64,000 bases of DNA from Sulfurihydrogenibium sp. (GTDB taxonomy: Bacteria; Aquificota; Aquificia; Aquificales; Hydrogenothermaceae), in NCBI RefSeq assembly GCF_028276765.1, contig NZ_JAPYVU010000002.1, forward strand, positions 6,066 through 70,065, given 5' to 3'. This document shows positions 48,774-57,530 of the stretch, piece after piece. Both the position numbers and the translations under genes were made by a program. Each line of letters starts with the position of its first letter. The stretch's first letter is position 1. The notes below the pieces were generated by a model. It made no database searches. It was not told where the DNA came from and saw only the letters and a program-made list of their open reading frames with translations.

Positions 48774-50009
48774 TTAAACTACCACTTTATTTCTTCCTAG
48801 CTCTTTTGCTTTGTATAGTTTTTCATCTGCTTCTTTTATTATTTCATTAATATGCTTATTTTTATCTACCTCAGCTAAGCCAAAGCTTGCAGTTAATTTT
48901 ATTTCCTTACCATCGTAATGTAGCGGGTTTTCTTCAAGGTCTTTCCTAATTCTTTCTACAATTTCTGCAGCATCTTTTAACTCTGTATTTGGAAGTAAAA
49001 TTAAAAATTCTTCTCCGCCGATTCTAAATACATAATCAGATTTTCTTAAATTTCTTTTTATAATATTTACAAAATGTTTTAAAGCTTCATCTCCAGCAAG
49101 ATGACCAAAAGTATCATTAATTTTTTTAAAGTAATCCAAATCAGCTATGGCAAGTGTAATGGGAGCATCGGTTATTTGGGAAATTTCTAAAAGTTTTTGA
49201 ATAATTGCTTCAAAACTTCTTCTATTAAAGGCTCCCGTTAAAGGGTCTATCGACATTTCTAATTTTATGAATTTTGTGTTTAAGTACAAAAATTCGTTTC
49301 CTATCCAAATTACTATATTTTGAATATTTAGAATCATAAAGTAAAGGTCCTTAAATTTTTTGTTTTTCTTATAACTTTCTGCAATTTCAATTAGATTATG
49401 AAAATCTTTATGCAGGTGTTTTAAATCTTTCATAAGATTTACTTCACTAATATAATCTTTTCCTCTTTCTTTAAGCCATATACCAAAATCGCAGTTTTCA
49501 TGTGAAATATTGTTAAATACTTTGTTTTCTTCTATTGATACTAAAAAATTCTTAAAATAGCGAATATGGTGCCTAAATGGTTCTGCAAGAAGTGGATGAA
49601 GTTCTTTGGTTACTATGTACTCTTCCATAAAGTCTAATCTGCTCTTTAATAAGGATATTTCATCTTTTAAATATCCCAAGGATAGTTCATTTTCCATTTC
49701 TTCGAATAGTCTTTCTATTCTTTTTGCCTCTCTTAAATCTATAGTGTTTGGTAGGTGTGCTATAAAGTTTTTTCTCAAAAAATCAAAAATTGATATAGCT
49801 TCATTAAAAATAATTCCTAAGTTAGCAAGGTCAAAACCTAATTCCTGAAGTTGGGAAATTTTATTCTTATTTTCTAATACATCTTTTATTAAGTATTTGA
49901 TTTTTAAAAATGTTTCTTTACATATTGCAGATTTAAAATTTTTCTCTGCATATGTTAAAAGTCTACCAAAAATAATATCGATCTTATCTTCTGAAAATTT
50001 AAATTCCAT
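48774..50009 (-). CDS. diguanylate cyclase (GGDEF) with N-terminal helical sensor region including a CZB-like His/Cys segment
   Basis: 411 aa. DPLTGAFNRR and RIGGEEFLILL (intact GGEEF), with an RKSD I-site (RxxD) 5 residues upstream. HENCDFGIWLKERG...HLHKDFHNL resembles the chemoreceptor zinc-binding motif. Confidence 0.88.
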   Translation of the reverse strand: MEFKFSEDKIDIIFGRLLTYAEKNFKSAICKETFLKIKYLIKDVLENKNKISQLQELGFDLANLGIIFNEAISIFDFLRKNFIAHLPNTIDLREAKRIERLFEEMENELSLGYLKDEISLLKSRLDFMEEYIVTKELHPLLAEPFRHHIRYFKNFLVSIEENKVFNNISHENCDFGIWLKERGKDYISEVNLMKDLKHLHKDFHNLIEIAESYKKNKKFKDLYFMILNIQNIVIWIGNEFLYLNTKFIKLEMSIDPLTGAFNRRSFEAIIQKLLEISQITDAPITLAIADLDYFKKINDTFGHLAGDEALKHFVNIIKRNLRKSDYVFRIGGEEFLILLPNTELKDAAEIVERIRKDLEENPLHYDGKEIKLTASFGLAEVDKNKHINEIIKEADEKLYKAKELGRNKVVV

Positions 50010-50019
50010 TTTTACACAC

Positions 50020-51231
50020 CTAAATTAACTTTGCAAAACTTTCTACCCATTCGTAGCTTTGTATCGTAATGTCAGCTATTCTATCCTTTGGAATATTAAG
50101 TTTATTAACATATTCTTTAATTTTATTTTTATCATTCTTTTCTACAGCTATTGCTAAAGACAATAATTCTCCAAAATACCCTCTTCCTTCCTTTATATCT
50201 TTTTCTAACTCCTCGCTTAAATTTAGATGTCTTAGAATTATCGAAAGCGGAGCTTTGAAGATTCTTTCTGCAAAGGATAAAATTCCAAATAAAAACGCTG
50301 TTTCAGCTATGTTTATATCATTATTCATTTCTTTACTTAATAATTCCATAAATTTTCCTCTGAAAAGTGCAGCTTTTACTACCTCCCTATCTGTATCTTT
50401 ATTAGATACTGACATCATAGATATTAACATTAACCAATTTATAAGGTTTTTCTTTCCCAAATATGTAACTGCTCTATTGACTGATGTTATAGGGTTTCTT
50501 AGATAAAAAAATGAAGAGTTTACATATTTCAATAATGCTACACTTATTTCAGGATTAGCTTTAATTGCTTCTGCAATTTCATTTAAATCATCTTCTTCAT
50601 GAACATACTTAATTATTTTTAAAGTATCTAATTTGTTAAAAATATCAGTATCCGACTCTAATTTTTCCGGTTCTTTAAAAAACTCTCCTTCAAATAGTTC
50701 AAATCCAAGGTCTTTTGCTTTATTAAAATCATAAAAACTATCTACATTATTGGCTATCATTGTAAATGGAAGTTGACGTAAATTATGAATTAGATTTATT
50801 TTTTCATCAGATAGGGCAGAAACATCAATAAATACAAAGTTAAACAAACCTGAAAAAGATATTAAAAAATCAATATCACTATCTTCTAAACTATTTAAAT
50901 CTATTGCAAATCTATATCCATCATTTTTGTATTCTTTAACTTTTTCTTGAACATTTTTGGATTTAAGATTTGTATAATCAATCGTAATAGTAAATATCTC
51001 TTTTGGTATTAAATTTAAAAACTCTGTAAATATTAAGATATCTGAAGTTACTTTTATAAAGGCCTCTTTTCCGGACAAAATTGATACAACATCTATATCC
51101 GAGATTAACGAATATAATTTTTTAACCGTTTGGTGAAAATCCTCATTTTCATAATCATACTTTATTTCATATGCAACTAAATTTTGACTTTTATCAAATA
51201 TGGGAGCTTTACATAAGTATATGTTTTCCAT
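50020..51231 (-). CDS. EAL-like + HDOD domain signalling protein (COG3434-type); the EAL domain appears degenerate
   Basis: 403 aa. The N-terminal APIFDKSQNLVAYEIKY aligns to the QPI-x-D...gYE(L/A)L(x)R start of EAL domains. The C-terminal HDOD-like region includes VALLKYVNSSFFYLRNPITSVNRAVTYLG. Confidence 0.7.
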   Translation of the reverse strand: MENIYLCKAPIFDKSQNLVAYEIKYDYENEDFHQTVKKLYSLISDIDVVSILSGKEAFIKVTSDILIFTEFLNLIPKEIFTITIDYTNLKSKNVQEKVKEYKNDGYRFAIDLNSLEDSDIDFLISFSGLFNFVFIDVSALSDEKINLIHNLRQLPFTMIANNVDSFYDFNKAKDLGFELFEGEFFKEPEKLESDTDIFNKLDTLKIIKYVHEEDDLNEIAEAIKANPEISVALLKYVNSSFFYLRNPITSVNRAVTYLGKKNLINWLMLISMMSVSNKDTDREVVKAALFRGKFMELLSKEMNNDINIAETAFLFGILSFAERIFKAPLSIILRHLNLSEELEKDIKEGRGYFGELLSLAIAVEKNDKNKIKEYVNKLNIPKDRIADITIQSYEWVESFAKLI

Positions 51232-51247
51232 ATCTTCCCTCCTATAT

Positions 51248-52027
51248 TTACGCCTCTATTTTTTCTTTGACAGAAACTATCTCTTCTTTATACTTCATAC
51301 TTTTTGGATATAAATATTTTGCCATAAGAATGGAAATTTCATAAAATAATATCAAAGGTATGGCAAGCATCAATTGGCTGATTGCATCCGGTGTAGGTGT
51401 AATTATTGCTGCAATAATAAAAGCTAAAACTATAAAATAAGGACGAGACTTCATCAAAAATTCCGGAGTTACTAATCCTAGTCTTGCTAATAAAGATAAT
51501 ATAACCGGCAGTTCAAAAGTTAATCCGAAAGCTAAAATCATTCTAAGGACAAAAGATATATATTCCTTAACTGAAAAGATAGCTTCTGCTCCAAGTTGGA
51601 TATTGCCAAAGTTAATAAAAAATCCAATTGCGACAGGTAGGACCAAATAAAATGAAAACAAACAGCCTATAATAAAAAATAGCGTAGTAAAAATAACAAA
51701 AGGAAAAACAAGTTTTTTTTCATGTTCATACAATGCAGGTTCTATAAATTTCCAAATTTGATAAAAAACGAAGGGAGAAACTAAAATAAATCCTGCAAGA
51801 AATGAAATTTTAAATGCAGTAAAAAATGGCTCGGTTGGAGATAAAAAGTATAATTTTAAGTTTGGGTTAACTTTCAGTAGCGGCATTTTTAAAATTTCAA
51901 ATAAATAATTTGCTTTTGTAAAGGCTACTACGGTTCCAATAATGACAGCTAAAACAATTCTAATTAACCTTGTTCTTAGCTCTGCTAAATGCTCTGTTAG
52001 TGGTGCTTCAGGAAGCTGGTTATCCAT
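51248..52027 (-). CDS. tatC: twin-arginine translocase subunit TatC
   Basis: 259 aa. LTEHLAELRTRLIR start and six TM helices. Confidence 0.93.
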   Translation of the reverse strand: MDNQLPEAPLTEHLAELRTRLIRIVLAVIIGTVVAFTKANYLFEILKMPLLKVNPNLKLYFLSPTEPFFTAFKISFLAGFILVSPFVFYQIWKFIEPALYEHEKKLVFPFVIFTTLFFIIGCLFSFYLVLPVAIGFFINFGNIQLGAEAIFSVKEYISFVLRMILAFGLTFELPVILSLLARLGLVTPEFLMKSRPYFIVLAFIIAAIITPTPDAISQLMLAIPLILFYEISILMAKYLYPKSMKYKEEIVSVKEKIEA

Positions 52028-52370
52028 TTATATTATCCTCGTTGCTCTTTTCTCTTTTGAAAGTTATCTTCTCTCTTTCAACAGTTTTTACCGGCTCTGA
52101 TTTTTTTATTTCTTTTTCAAACTCTTTTTCGAAATCAATTTTTACCGGCTCTTCTAACTTTTTTGTTATATCAGATTTTATGTCGTATTCTATTTCTTTA
52201 ACAGATTTAAGGTCGGTTGCAACTGAATATTTTACGTCATCGATGGCAGATTTTAATTCTCTATAAAACTTTCCTAAAGACTTTGCTACTTCTGGAAGTC
52301 TTTGCGGTCCTAAAACTATTAAAGCTACGACTAATATAACTAATAACTCTTGGAATCCTATGCCAAACAT
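52020..52370 (-). CDS. tatA: twin-arginine translocase TatA/TatB-family protein
   Basis: MFGIGFQELLVILVVALIVLGPQRLPEVAKSLGK. I prefer the ATG at 52370 (GGAGG SD 8 nt upstream) over the track start at 52385. Confidence 0.85.
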   Translation of the reverse strand: MFGIGFQELLVILVVALIVLGPQRLPEVAKSLGKFYRELKSAIDDVKYSVATDLKSVKEIEYDIKSDITKKLEEPVKIDFEKEFEKEIKKSEPVKTVEREKITFKREKSNEDNING

Positions 52371-52395
52371 TCTTTTAGCCTCCAATTATATTTTA

Positions 52396-54957
52396 TCAGA
52401 AATCTAAACCGATGCTAAACTCTATTCTATACTTATTTTCATTTGGTTTTGTGTCTAACTTTTTAGCATAATCAAATATTAAACTTCCAGCAGGCGTTGG
52501 AACGTAAATACCTATTCCGGCGGTTTTTCTAAAATAAGGATTTCTATATTCATCGCTTTTAGTATATACATTTCCAAGGTCTAAAAATGTTAAGAAATAT
52601 AAATTATATTTTTGATATAATGGAAACCTTAAGTCGTTGTTTATTAATAAATAACTATTTCCACCAATTTTTTGCTTTCCTGATAATTCTTCAAAGCCAA
52701 AACCTCTCATGTTTGCAATACCACCAAGAAAATATCTTTCGGCCAAAGGAAGCGTGTTAATACTTTTGAAAGAATAGCCGGTAGAAAATCTTTGACTAAG
52801 GATAAAAAAGTCTAAAAATTCTTTGTAGTATCTAAAAGAACCCTCTAAAGATTGATAATTAATATCTCCAAACGTTGTTTTGAAGTTTAAAGTGCTATAA
52901 TACCCGCTTGATGGATTAATTCTATTGTTTCTATGGTCATCTGTTAGTCCAAAACTTGTAGTTATCACTTTATAATTTTTCAGTGGTGTAAATATTCCTT
53001 CATTTGTGATAACGTTGTATTTCCTTTCTAATCTAAAACTACTTTTAACCCATTTATTATTTCTTTTTTCAAAAAACAAGTCATAACCTGAGCTTTTTAA
53101 ATCATAATTTCTATGGTACTGATTAAATAGAAATGTTGAAGCAAATCCGCTTAAATTCCATTTAAACAACCTATTCCCAAGAGAAAGTCTATAATTTGTT
53201 TGAAAGTTTGAACGTTCTATATAAGTAGAAAATTCATAACCGTAATTAAATAAGTTTCTGAGTATAACAGCAACAGAAGCTTTAAATTGCTGGTCTGTTG
53301 AATAACCAACACTGCCTTGCACTAATCCTCTTTTATCATCATGAACAATAATTGCTTTATCCACTGTCTTTCTTTCTTCCTGTGGTAGAATTAATGGATT
53401 AACATAGTCAAACAATCTTGACTCATATAGTCTAATTATAGATACATCAAAATTTTCTTTTTCAAAGTATTCTTTATTAGGAAATTGTTTTAAAATTACA
53501 TTTGGCTTAAGATGAAAGCTGCCATAAACAAAGGTTAAACCATTTCTATATCTTTGTCCAAGATTATAATCGTATGTAGCAATAACATCAATTCTATCGT
53601 TATTTTCTATCAAATCAGTCTGAAGTAATACCTCAGCATCCAAGTATCCATCTTCCCTTGCTTTTTCTTTAAATTCATTTTGTAAATTTAATAATTCTTG
53701 TGGATTATAGATTTTTGGCAGTTCAAAATCCTTTTTGACTAAATAATTCTTTTGTTTAATTTCTTTAAGAATATATTTTTTTCCTTTTTTAAATTCTACT
53801 TTTAACGTAAGTTTATCTTCATTTTTTATTTCTTCAATCTTATAATTTGCCGAAATATATCCACTTTCGTAGAGTTTTTTTACTTGTTCCTGTAAATATC
53901 TTAAAAGCTTGTTTTTATCATAAAAGTTGCCTGCAAATTTACTTATATCTGATTTTATCTCTTCATAGTCTGTATCTATAAAAATCTTATCTACTTTATA
54001 CCTTTTACCTTCGTTAATGTTGAAATTTATCTTAATATAAGGTTTTTCAGCTGACCCTTGATTTTCTTCCTGTTCCTCTACCTGAGTTATTATATCTACA
54101 TCCAAAAACCCATAAGATTTATAGAAATTCATAAGATTTTCTTTTGATAGGTCAAGCTCATTATAATTAAATCCATTTTCTTTAAATGTTAAAAGATTTA
54201 TTAATTGTTTATTGTCAAAGTTGTTATTGCCGGTGAAGTTTATAAAATACCTACTTCCTAAGTCTATGAGTATATATATGTTGGCAAAGTTATTATCCAC
54301 TTGCTCGATGTCTTGTAAAACAACAAAGGATTCAAAATATCCATTATTTTTTAAGTACTCGTTAAGTTTTTCTATAGATTCTTGCAATTTATCAAAATAA
54401 ATTATATCCCCTTTTTTTAGATTTAGAACTTTTAAAAGCTGATTTTTATCTTCTTCTGAGATTTTTTGGTCTGATAAAAATATTACATCGTTTAACTTTA
54501 CTTTTTTTCCTTCATCTATGTTAAGTCTTACAAACGCATTACCGTTTTCATCAAATTTGGTTGATATGCTCGCATTTGCAAACAAATAGCCCTTTTCTGC
54601 GTAAAACTGTTTAATTCTAAGTGGAATTGTCTTTAAAGATTCGCTATCTAAAGCACTATTTACTCTTAAACCTGTAATTCCTACTATTTCATCTTTCCAA
54701 AAAGATTTATTACCTTTTATGTCTATACTTTTTAAAAATGGCTTTCTTGTAAGAAGTATCTTATCTTCTTTAATTTCTATCTTTTCAAAGTCGTTTGTTA
54801 ATTCAAAGAGATTAGCCACATAATTTAGGTCATTTGTTATTCTTAAAATTTCTTCACCGTTATTTTTTGGTAAAGGGTAATTGGATTTTATCCTTTCTTC
54901 AGCCTTTGTAAGACCTGTAAAAAGCAAGATGATTAAAAATTTAATCTTTATTTTCAA
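52396..54957 (-). CDS. bamA: BamA/Omp85-family outer membrane protein assembly factor
   Basis: 853 aa. Signal peptide, repeated POTRA-like modules, C-terminal beta-barrel with RGF motif (LGGIANMRGFGFEELSG) and terminal aromatic residue (..IGLDF). Confidence 0.85.
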   Translation of the reverse strand: MKIKIKFLIILLFTGLTKAEERIKSNYPLPKNNGEEILRITNDLNYVANLFELTNDFEKIEIKEDKILLTRKPFLKSIDIKGNKSFWKDEIVGITGLRVNSALDSESLKTIPLRIKQFYAEKGYLFANASISTKFDENGNAFVRLNIDEGKKVKLNDVIFLSDQKISEEDKNQLLKVLNLKKGDIIYFDKLQESIEKLNEYLKNNGYFESFVVLQDIEQVDNNFANIYILIDLGSRYFINFTGNNNFDNKQLINLLTFKENGFNYNELDLSKENLMNFYKSYGFLDVDIITQVEEQEENQGSAEKPYIKINFNINEGKRYKVDKIFIDTDYEEIKSDISKFAGNFYDKNKLLRYLQEQVKKLYESGYISANYKIEEIKNEDKLTLKVEFKKGKKYILKEIKQKNYLVKKDFELPKIYNPQELLNLQNEFKEKAREDGYLDAEVLLQTDLIENNDRIDVIATYDYNLGQRYRNGLTFVYGSFHLKPNVILKQFPNKEYFEKENFDVSIIRLYESRLFDYVNPLILPQEERKTVDKAIIVHDDKRGLVQGSVGYSTDQQFKASVAVILRNLFNYGYEFSTYIERSNFQTNYRLSLGNRLFKWNLSGFASTFLFNQYHRNYDLKSSGYDLFFEKRNNKWVKSSFRLERKYNVITNEGIFTPLKNYKVITTSFGLTDDHRNNRINPSSGYYSTLNFKTTFGDINYQSLEGSFRYYKEFLDFFILSQRFSTGYSFKSINTLPLAERYFLGGIANMRGFGFEELSGKQKIGGNSYLLINNDLRFPLYQKYNLYFLTFLDLGNVYTKSDEYRNPYFRKTAGIGIYVPTPAGSLIFDYAKKLDTKPNENKYRIEFSIGLDF

Positions 54958-55036
54958 TTTCTATCTCCAAATATGGTTTAAATCATTTGAAAACAATTTA
55001 TAACATATATTATTATATTTAATTCAGGATAAAGAG

Positions 55037-55441
55037 GTGGTTTTATTGCAAAGAAGAAATACGAACCAAAGAAAAGTTATATATGAAATATTAAAATCTA
55101 CAGATATACATCCAACGGCAGATTGGATTTATGAAAGAGCAAGGAAAGTTATACCAAACATAAGTCTTGGGACAGTTTATAGAAACTTAAAAATACTAAA
55201 AGATGAAGGTTTAATCTTAGAGTTAAATGATGGAAAGCAAAGCAGATTTGACGCAAGGACTGATAATCACCTTCATTTTAAGTGTGAAATGTGTAACAGT
55301 ATTTATGATATAGATTTCAACGCTATTAGTTTACAAATTAATGATAAAATTTTAGACGTTTTTAATGTAAAAAGTGTTGATATTGTTCTAAACGGCATAT
55401 GTCCAAAATGCATAGGAGATGAACGTGAAAAGGATAATTAG
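55037..55441 (+). CDS. Fur family transcriptional regulator (Fur/PerR/Zur-like)
   Basis: 134 aa. RKVIYEIL...HPTADWIYERARKVIPNISLGTVYRNLK DNA-binding domain, HLHFKC-x2-C and C-x2-C structural zinc site. Confidence 0.88.
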   Translation: MVLLQRRNTNQRKVIYEILKSTDIHPTADWIYERARKVIPNISLGTVYRNLKILKDEGLILELNDGKQSRFDARTDNHLHFKCEMCNSIYDIDFNAISLQINDKILDVFNVKSVDIVLNGICPKCIGDEREKDN

Positions 55442-56015
55442 CCCAATAAACCTTAGAGAAGATAGGCTACCACCTGGTCAGCATTGGACGGATCGATTAA
55501 TCATTCTTGGAGTATCTGACCCTCCAGAAATAGATTTAAAATCTTATAGGTTAAAAATATTTGGAGAAGTAGAAGAGGCGGTAGTTTTAACGTGGGATGA
55601 TATCCTCTCTCTTGAAAAAGTTGAGCTTGTAGCGGATTTTCATTGTGTGACAAGATGGAGTTGTAAAGATGTCGTTTGGAGAGGTTTTCATGTAAATGAA
55701 TTAAAAAATCTTGTAAAGATAAATCCAAACGTAAAATCCGTAATGATTCATTCCTTAGATGGATATACAACCAATGTTCCAATTGAGTATTTTTTTGACG
55801 AAGATGTGATTTTTGCTTATGAATTATTCAACGGACCAATTCCGGCTGATAATGGTTATCCACTACGTTTGATAGTACCTAAGCTTTATTCTTGGAAAAG
55901 TGCTAAATTTGTAGCCGGAATAGAATTTATGCTTGAAGATAGACCGGGTTTTTGGGAGCAAAGAGGTTATCATATCTTAGGCGACCCTTGGAAAGAACAA
56001 AGATATTCTGATTAA
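55419..56015 (+). CDS. small cytoplasmic sulfite-oxidase-fold molybdopterin oxidoreductase (YuiH/YedY-like catalytic domain)
   Basis: 198 aa. LPPGQHWTDR, FHCVTRWS (Mo-ligand Cys context) and GYPLRLIVPKLYSWKSAKFV. No signal peptide. The start could be GTG 55425 (AGGAG 6 nt upstream). Confidence 0.82.
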   Translation: MNVKRIISPINLREDRLPPGQHWTDRLIILGVSDPPEIDLKSYRLKIFGEVEEAVVLTWDDILSLEKVELVADFHCVTRWSCKDVVWRGFHVNELKNLVKINPNVKSVMIHSLDGYTTNVPIEYFFDEDVIFAYELFNGPIPADNGYPLRLIVPKLYSWKSAKFVAGIEFMLEDRPGFWEQRGYHILGDPWKEQRYSD

Positions 56016-56027
56016 AGGAGAGTAAAA

Positions 56028-56318
56028 ATGGGAAAATTAAAAGTTGTAGTTGATAGAACGCTATGCGAGGGAATAGGAGTTTGCGTTCCTGAAGCACCAA
56101 AATATATAGTCTTAGATAAAAGACATAAAGCGGTAATAGTAAAGCCGGGAGATAACGTTGAAGAGCTTTTTGCAAAAGTTTCTGAGTTAAAAAGACAAGA
56201 AGCTGTATTAGATTTAACTGTAGATGAAGAAGAGGATATTTTTAGAGCAGCCGAAGCTTGTCCTGTAAAAGCAATATTCATATATGACCCAGAAACCGGA
56301 GAACAACTGTATCCATAG
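56028..56318 (+). CDS. single-cluster ferredoxin, probably [3Fe-4S] type, with internal insertion
   Basis: 96 aa. CEGIGVC (the middle Cys of CxxCxxC is replaced) plus a distal ACPV. Confidence 0.7.
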   Translation: MGKLKVVVDRTLCEGIGVCVPEAPKYIVLDKRHKAVIVKPGDNVEELFAKVSELKRQEAVLDLTVDEEEDIFRAAEACPVKAIFIYDPETGEQLYP

Positions 56319-56326
56319 GAGCCAAT

Positions 56327-56437
56327 ATGTTAGATAAAATTTATTCCATATATGAAAGAAATGTAAAGTTTGTATTATTCATAGTACCTGTAATTCTTTT
56401 TGCTGTAATGGCTTATTTGTACATTAAAAGTGTATAA
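56327..56437 (+). CDS. possible 36-aa single-TM peptide (below the track cutoff)
   Basis: AGGAG SD 5 nt before the ATG. MLDKIYSIYERNVKFVLFIVPVILFAVMAYLYIKSV. Last gene of the fur-Mo enzyme-ferredoxin string. No homology evidence. Confidence 0.3.
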   Translation: MLDKIYSIYERNVKFVLFIVPVILFAVMAYLYIKSV

Positions 56438-56444
56438 GTCATAA

Positions 56445-56960
56445 CGGTTTGGGAAAATTCTGAGTTGTTTGAATTCATAATATCACAAAAGTATGCAATA
56501 GGTGATTTCTTAAACTATGATAAGGTTTTTCTGTGTTATACCATCATATATTTTGCAACATCTTTTTATTAAATTCTTATATCTGTTCGTATACCTTTTG
56601 TCTCAAATAAAATTGCATCTACTGATTTCTCTAAAAATCTTTTACATCTTTTGCTACAAATACACAAACTTTTTACCATTTACATATTAATGTTTAGTGT
56701 CTGTTTGTACCAATTTTCCTGATTTTGTCGGTTTTTGTCTTTATATATCTTTCAGAGTTTATCTATTAAAACCTTTATTTTTCTTTTGCAAGCTTAGGAT
56801 GTTTTTCTATAACTTCTTTATCCCCGATTTTTCATAACTTTAAACTCTCGTATAATATGTCCATGCTTCTTTTAGATTGTACAGGATTTAGAGCATCTCT
56901 CGTTAAATGAAATTTATTAGTTTCATTATGATAAAATAAAAAAACAAAAATAATTCTATC
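56445..56960 (-). pseudogene. decayed rve-family (IS481/IS3-like) transposase gene
   Basis: The minus strand, with multiple stops and shifts, gives ...EVIEKHPKLAKEKIK..., LVQTDTKH-YVNGKKFVY..., AKDVKDFLEKSVDAILFETKGIRTD..., FNKKMLQ..WYNTEKPYHSL... The 3' ~150 nt are clearly homologous to 44770-44900 (+). Confidence 0.55.
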
Positions 56961-56975
56961 TAAAAGAGGACGAGA

Positions 56976-57527
56976 ATGGAAAAGTTTTTTGGTTTGATTG
57001 AACAGATATTTGAAAGGATACTGTGGGAATCAAGATTGATGGTAATTCTTGCAGTAGTTGCATCAGTGCTTGCTGCTTTGACTTTGACTATAGTAGGAAC
57101 ATATGATATCTATCTTGTTTTTAGTGAAATGTTTCATGCTTTTTCAGACCCTCAAGCCTATGAAAACTTTCATAAAGATGCTATTACCCATATTATAAGT
57201 GCAATTGATGCTTATTTAATATCAACAGTGCTTTTAATATTTGGTATTGGACTTTATGAATTGTTTATTAGTAAAATAGATTATGCGGAAAAAGAGACAA
57301 AGTCTTCTAAAATTCTTGTTATTCACTCTCTTGACCAATTAAAAGATAAGCTTGCTAAAGTTATAGTTATGGTTTTAATTGTTACATTTTTTAAACACGC
57401 TGTTAGTTTTAAGTATGAAGAAGCTTTAAACTTGCTTTATCTTTCAATAGGAATACTTTTAATAGCATTGGCTATTTACTTTTTAGCAAAATCTCATCAT
57501 GGAAAAGAACATAGCTCAGAGGAGTAA
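56976..57527 (+). CDS. YqhA-family (UPF0114) membrane protein
   Basis: 183 aa. ERILWESRLMVILAVVASVLAAL start and about 4 TM helices typical of the family. Confidence 0.75.
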   Translation: MEKFFGLIEQIFERILWESRLMVILAVVASVLAALTLTIVGTYDIYLVFSEMFHAFSDPQAYENFHKDAITHIISAIDAYLISTVLLIFGIGLYELFISKIDYAEKETKSSKILVIHSLDQLKDKLAKVIVMVLIVTFFKHAVSFKYEEALNLLYLSIGILLIALAIYFLAKSHHGKEHSSEE

Positions 57528-57530
57528 GAG

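Noticed and set aside
44619-56960. The 11.5-kb block between the inverted IS fragments as a composite transposon
   Set aside because: Both IS copies are heavily decayed, and the block contains core genes (tatA, tatC, the bamA-like gene, tRNAs). Inversion potential is retained as a finding, but mobility is not supported.
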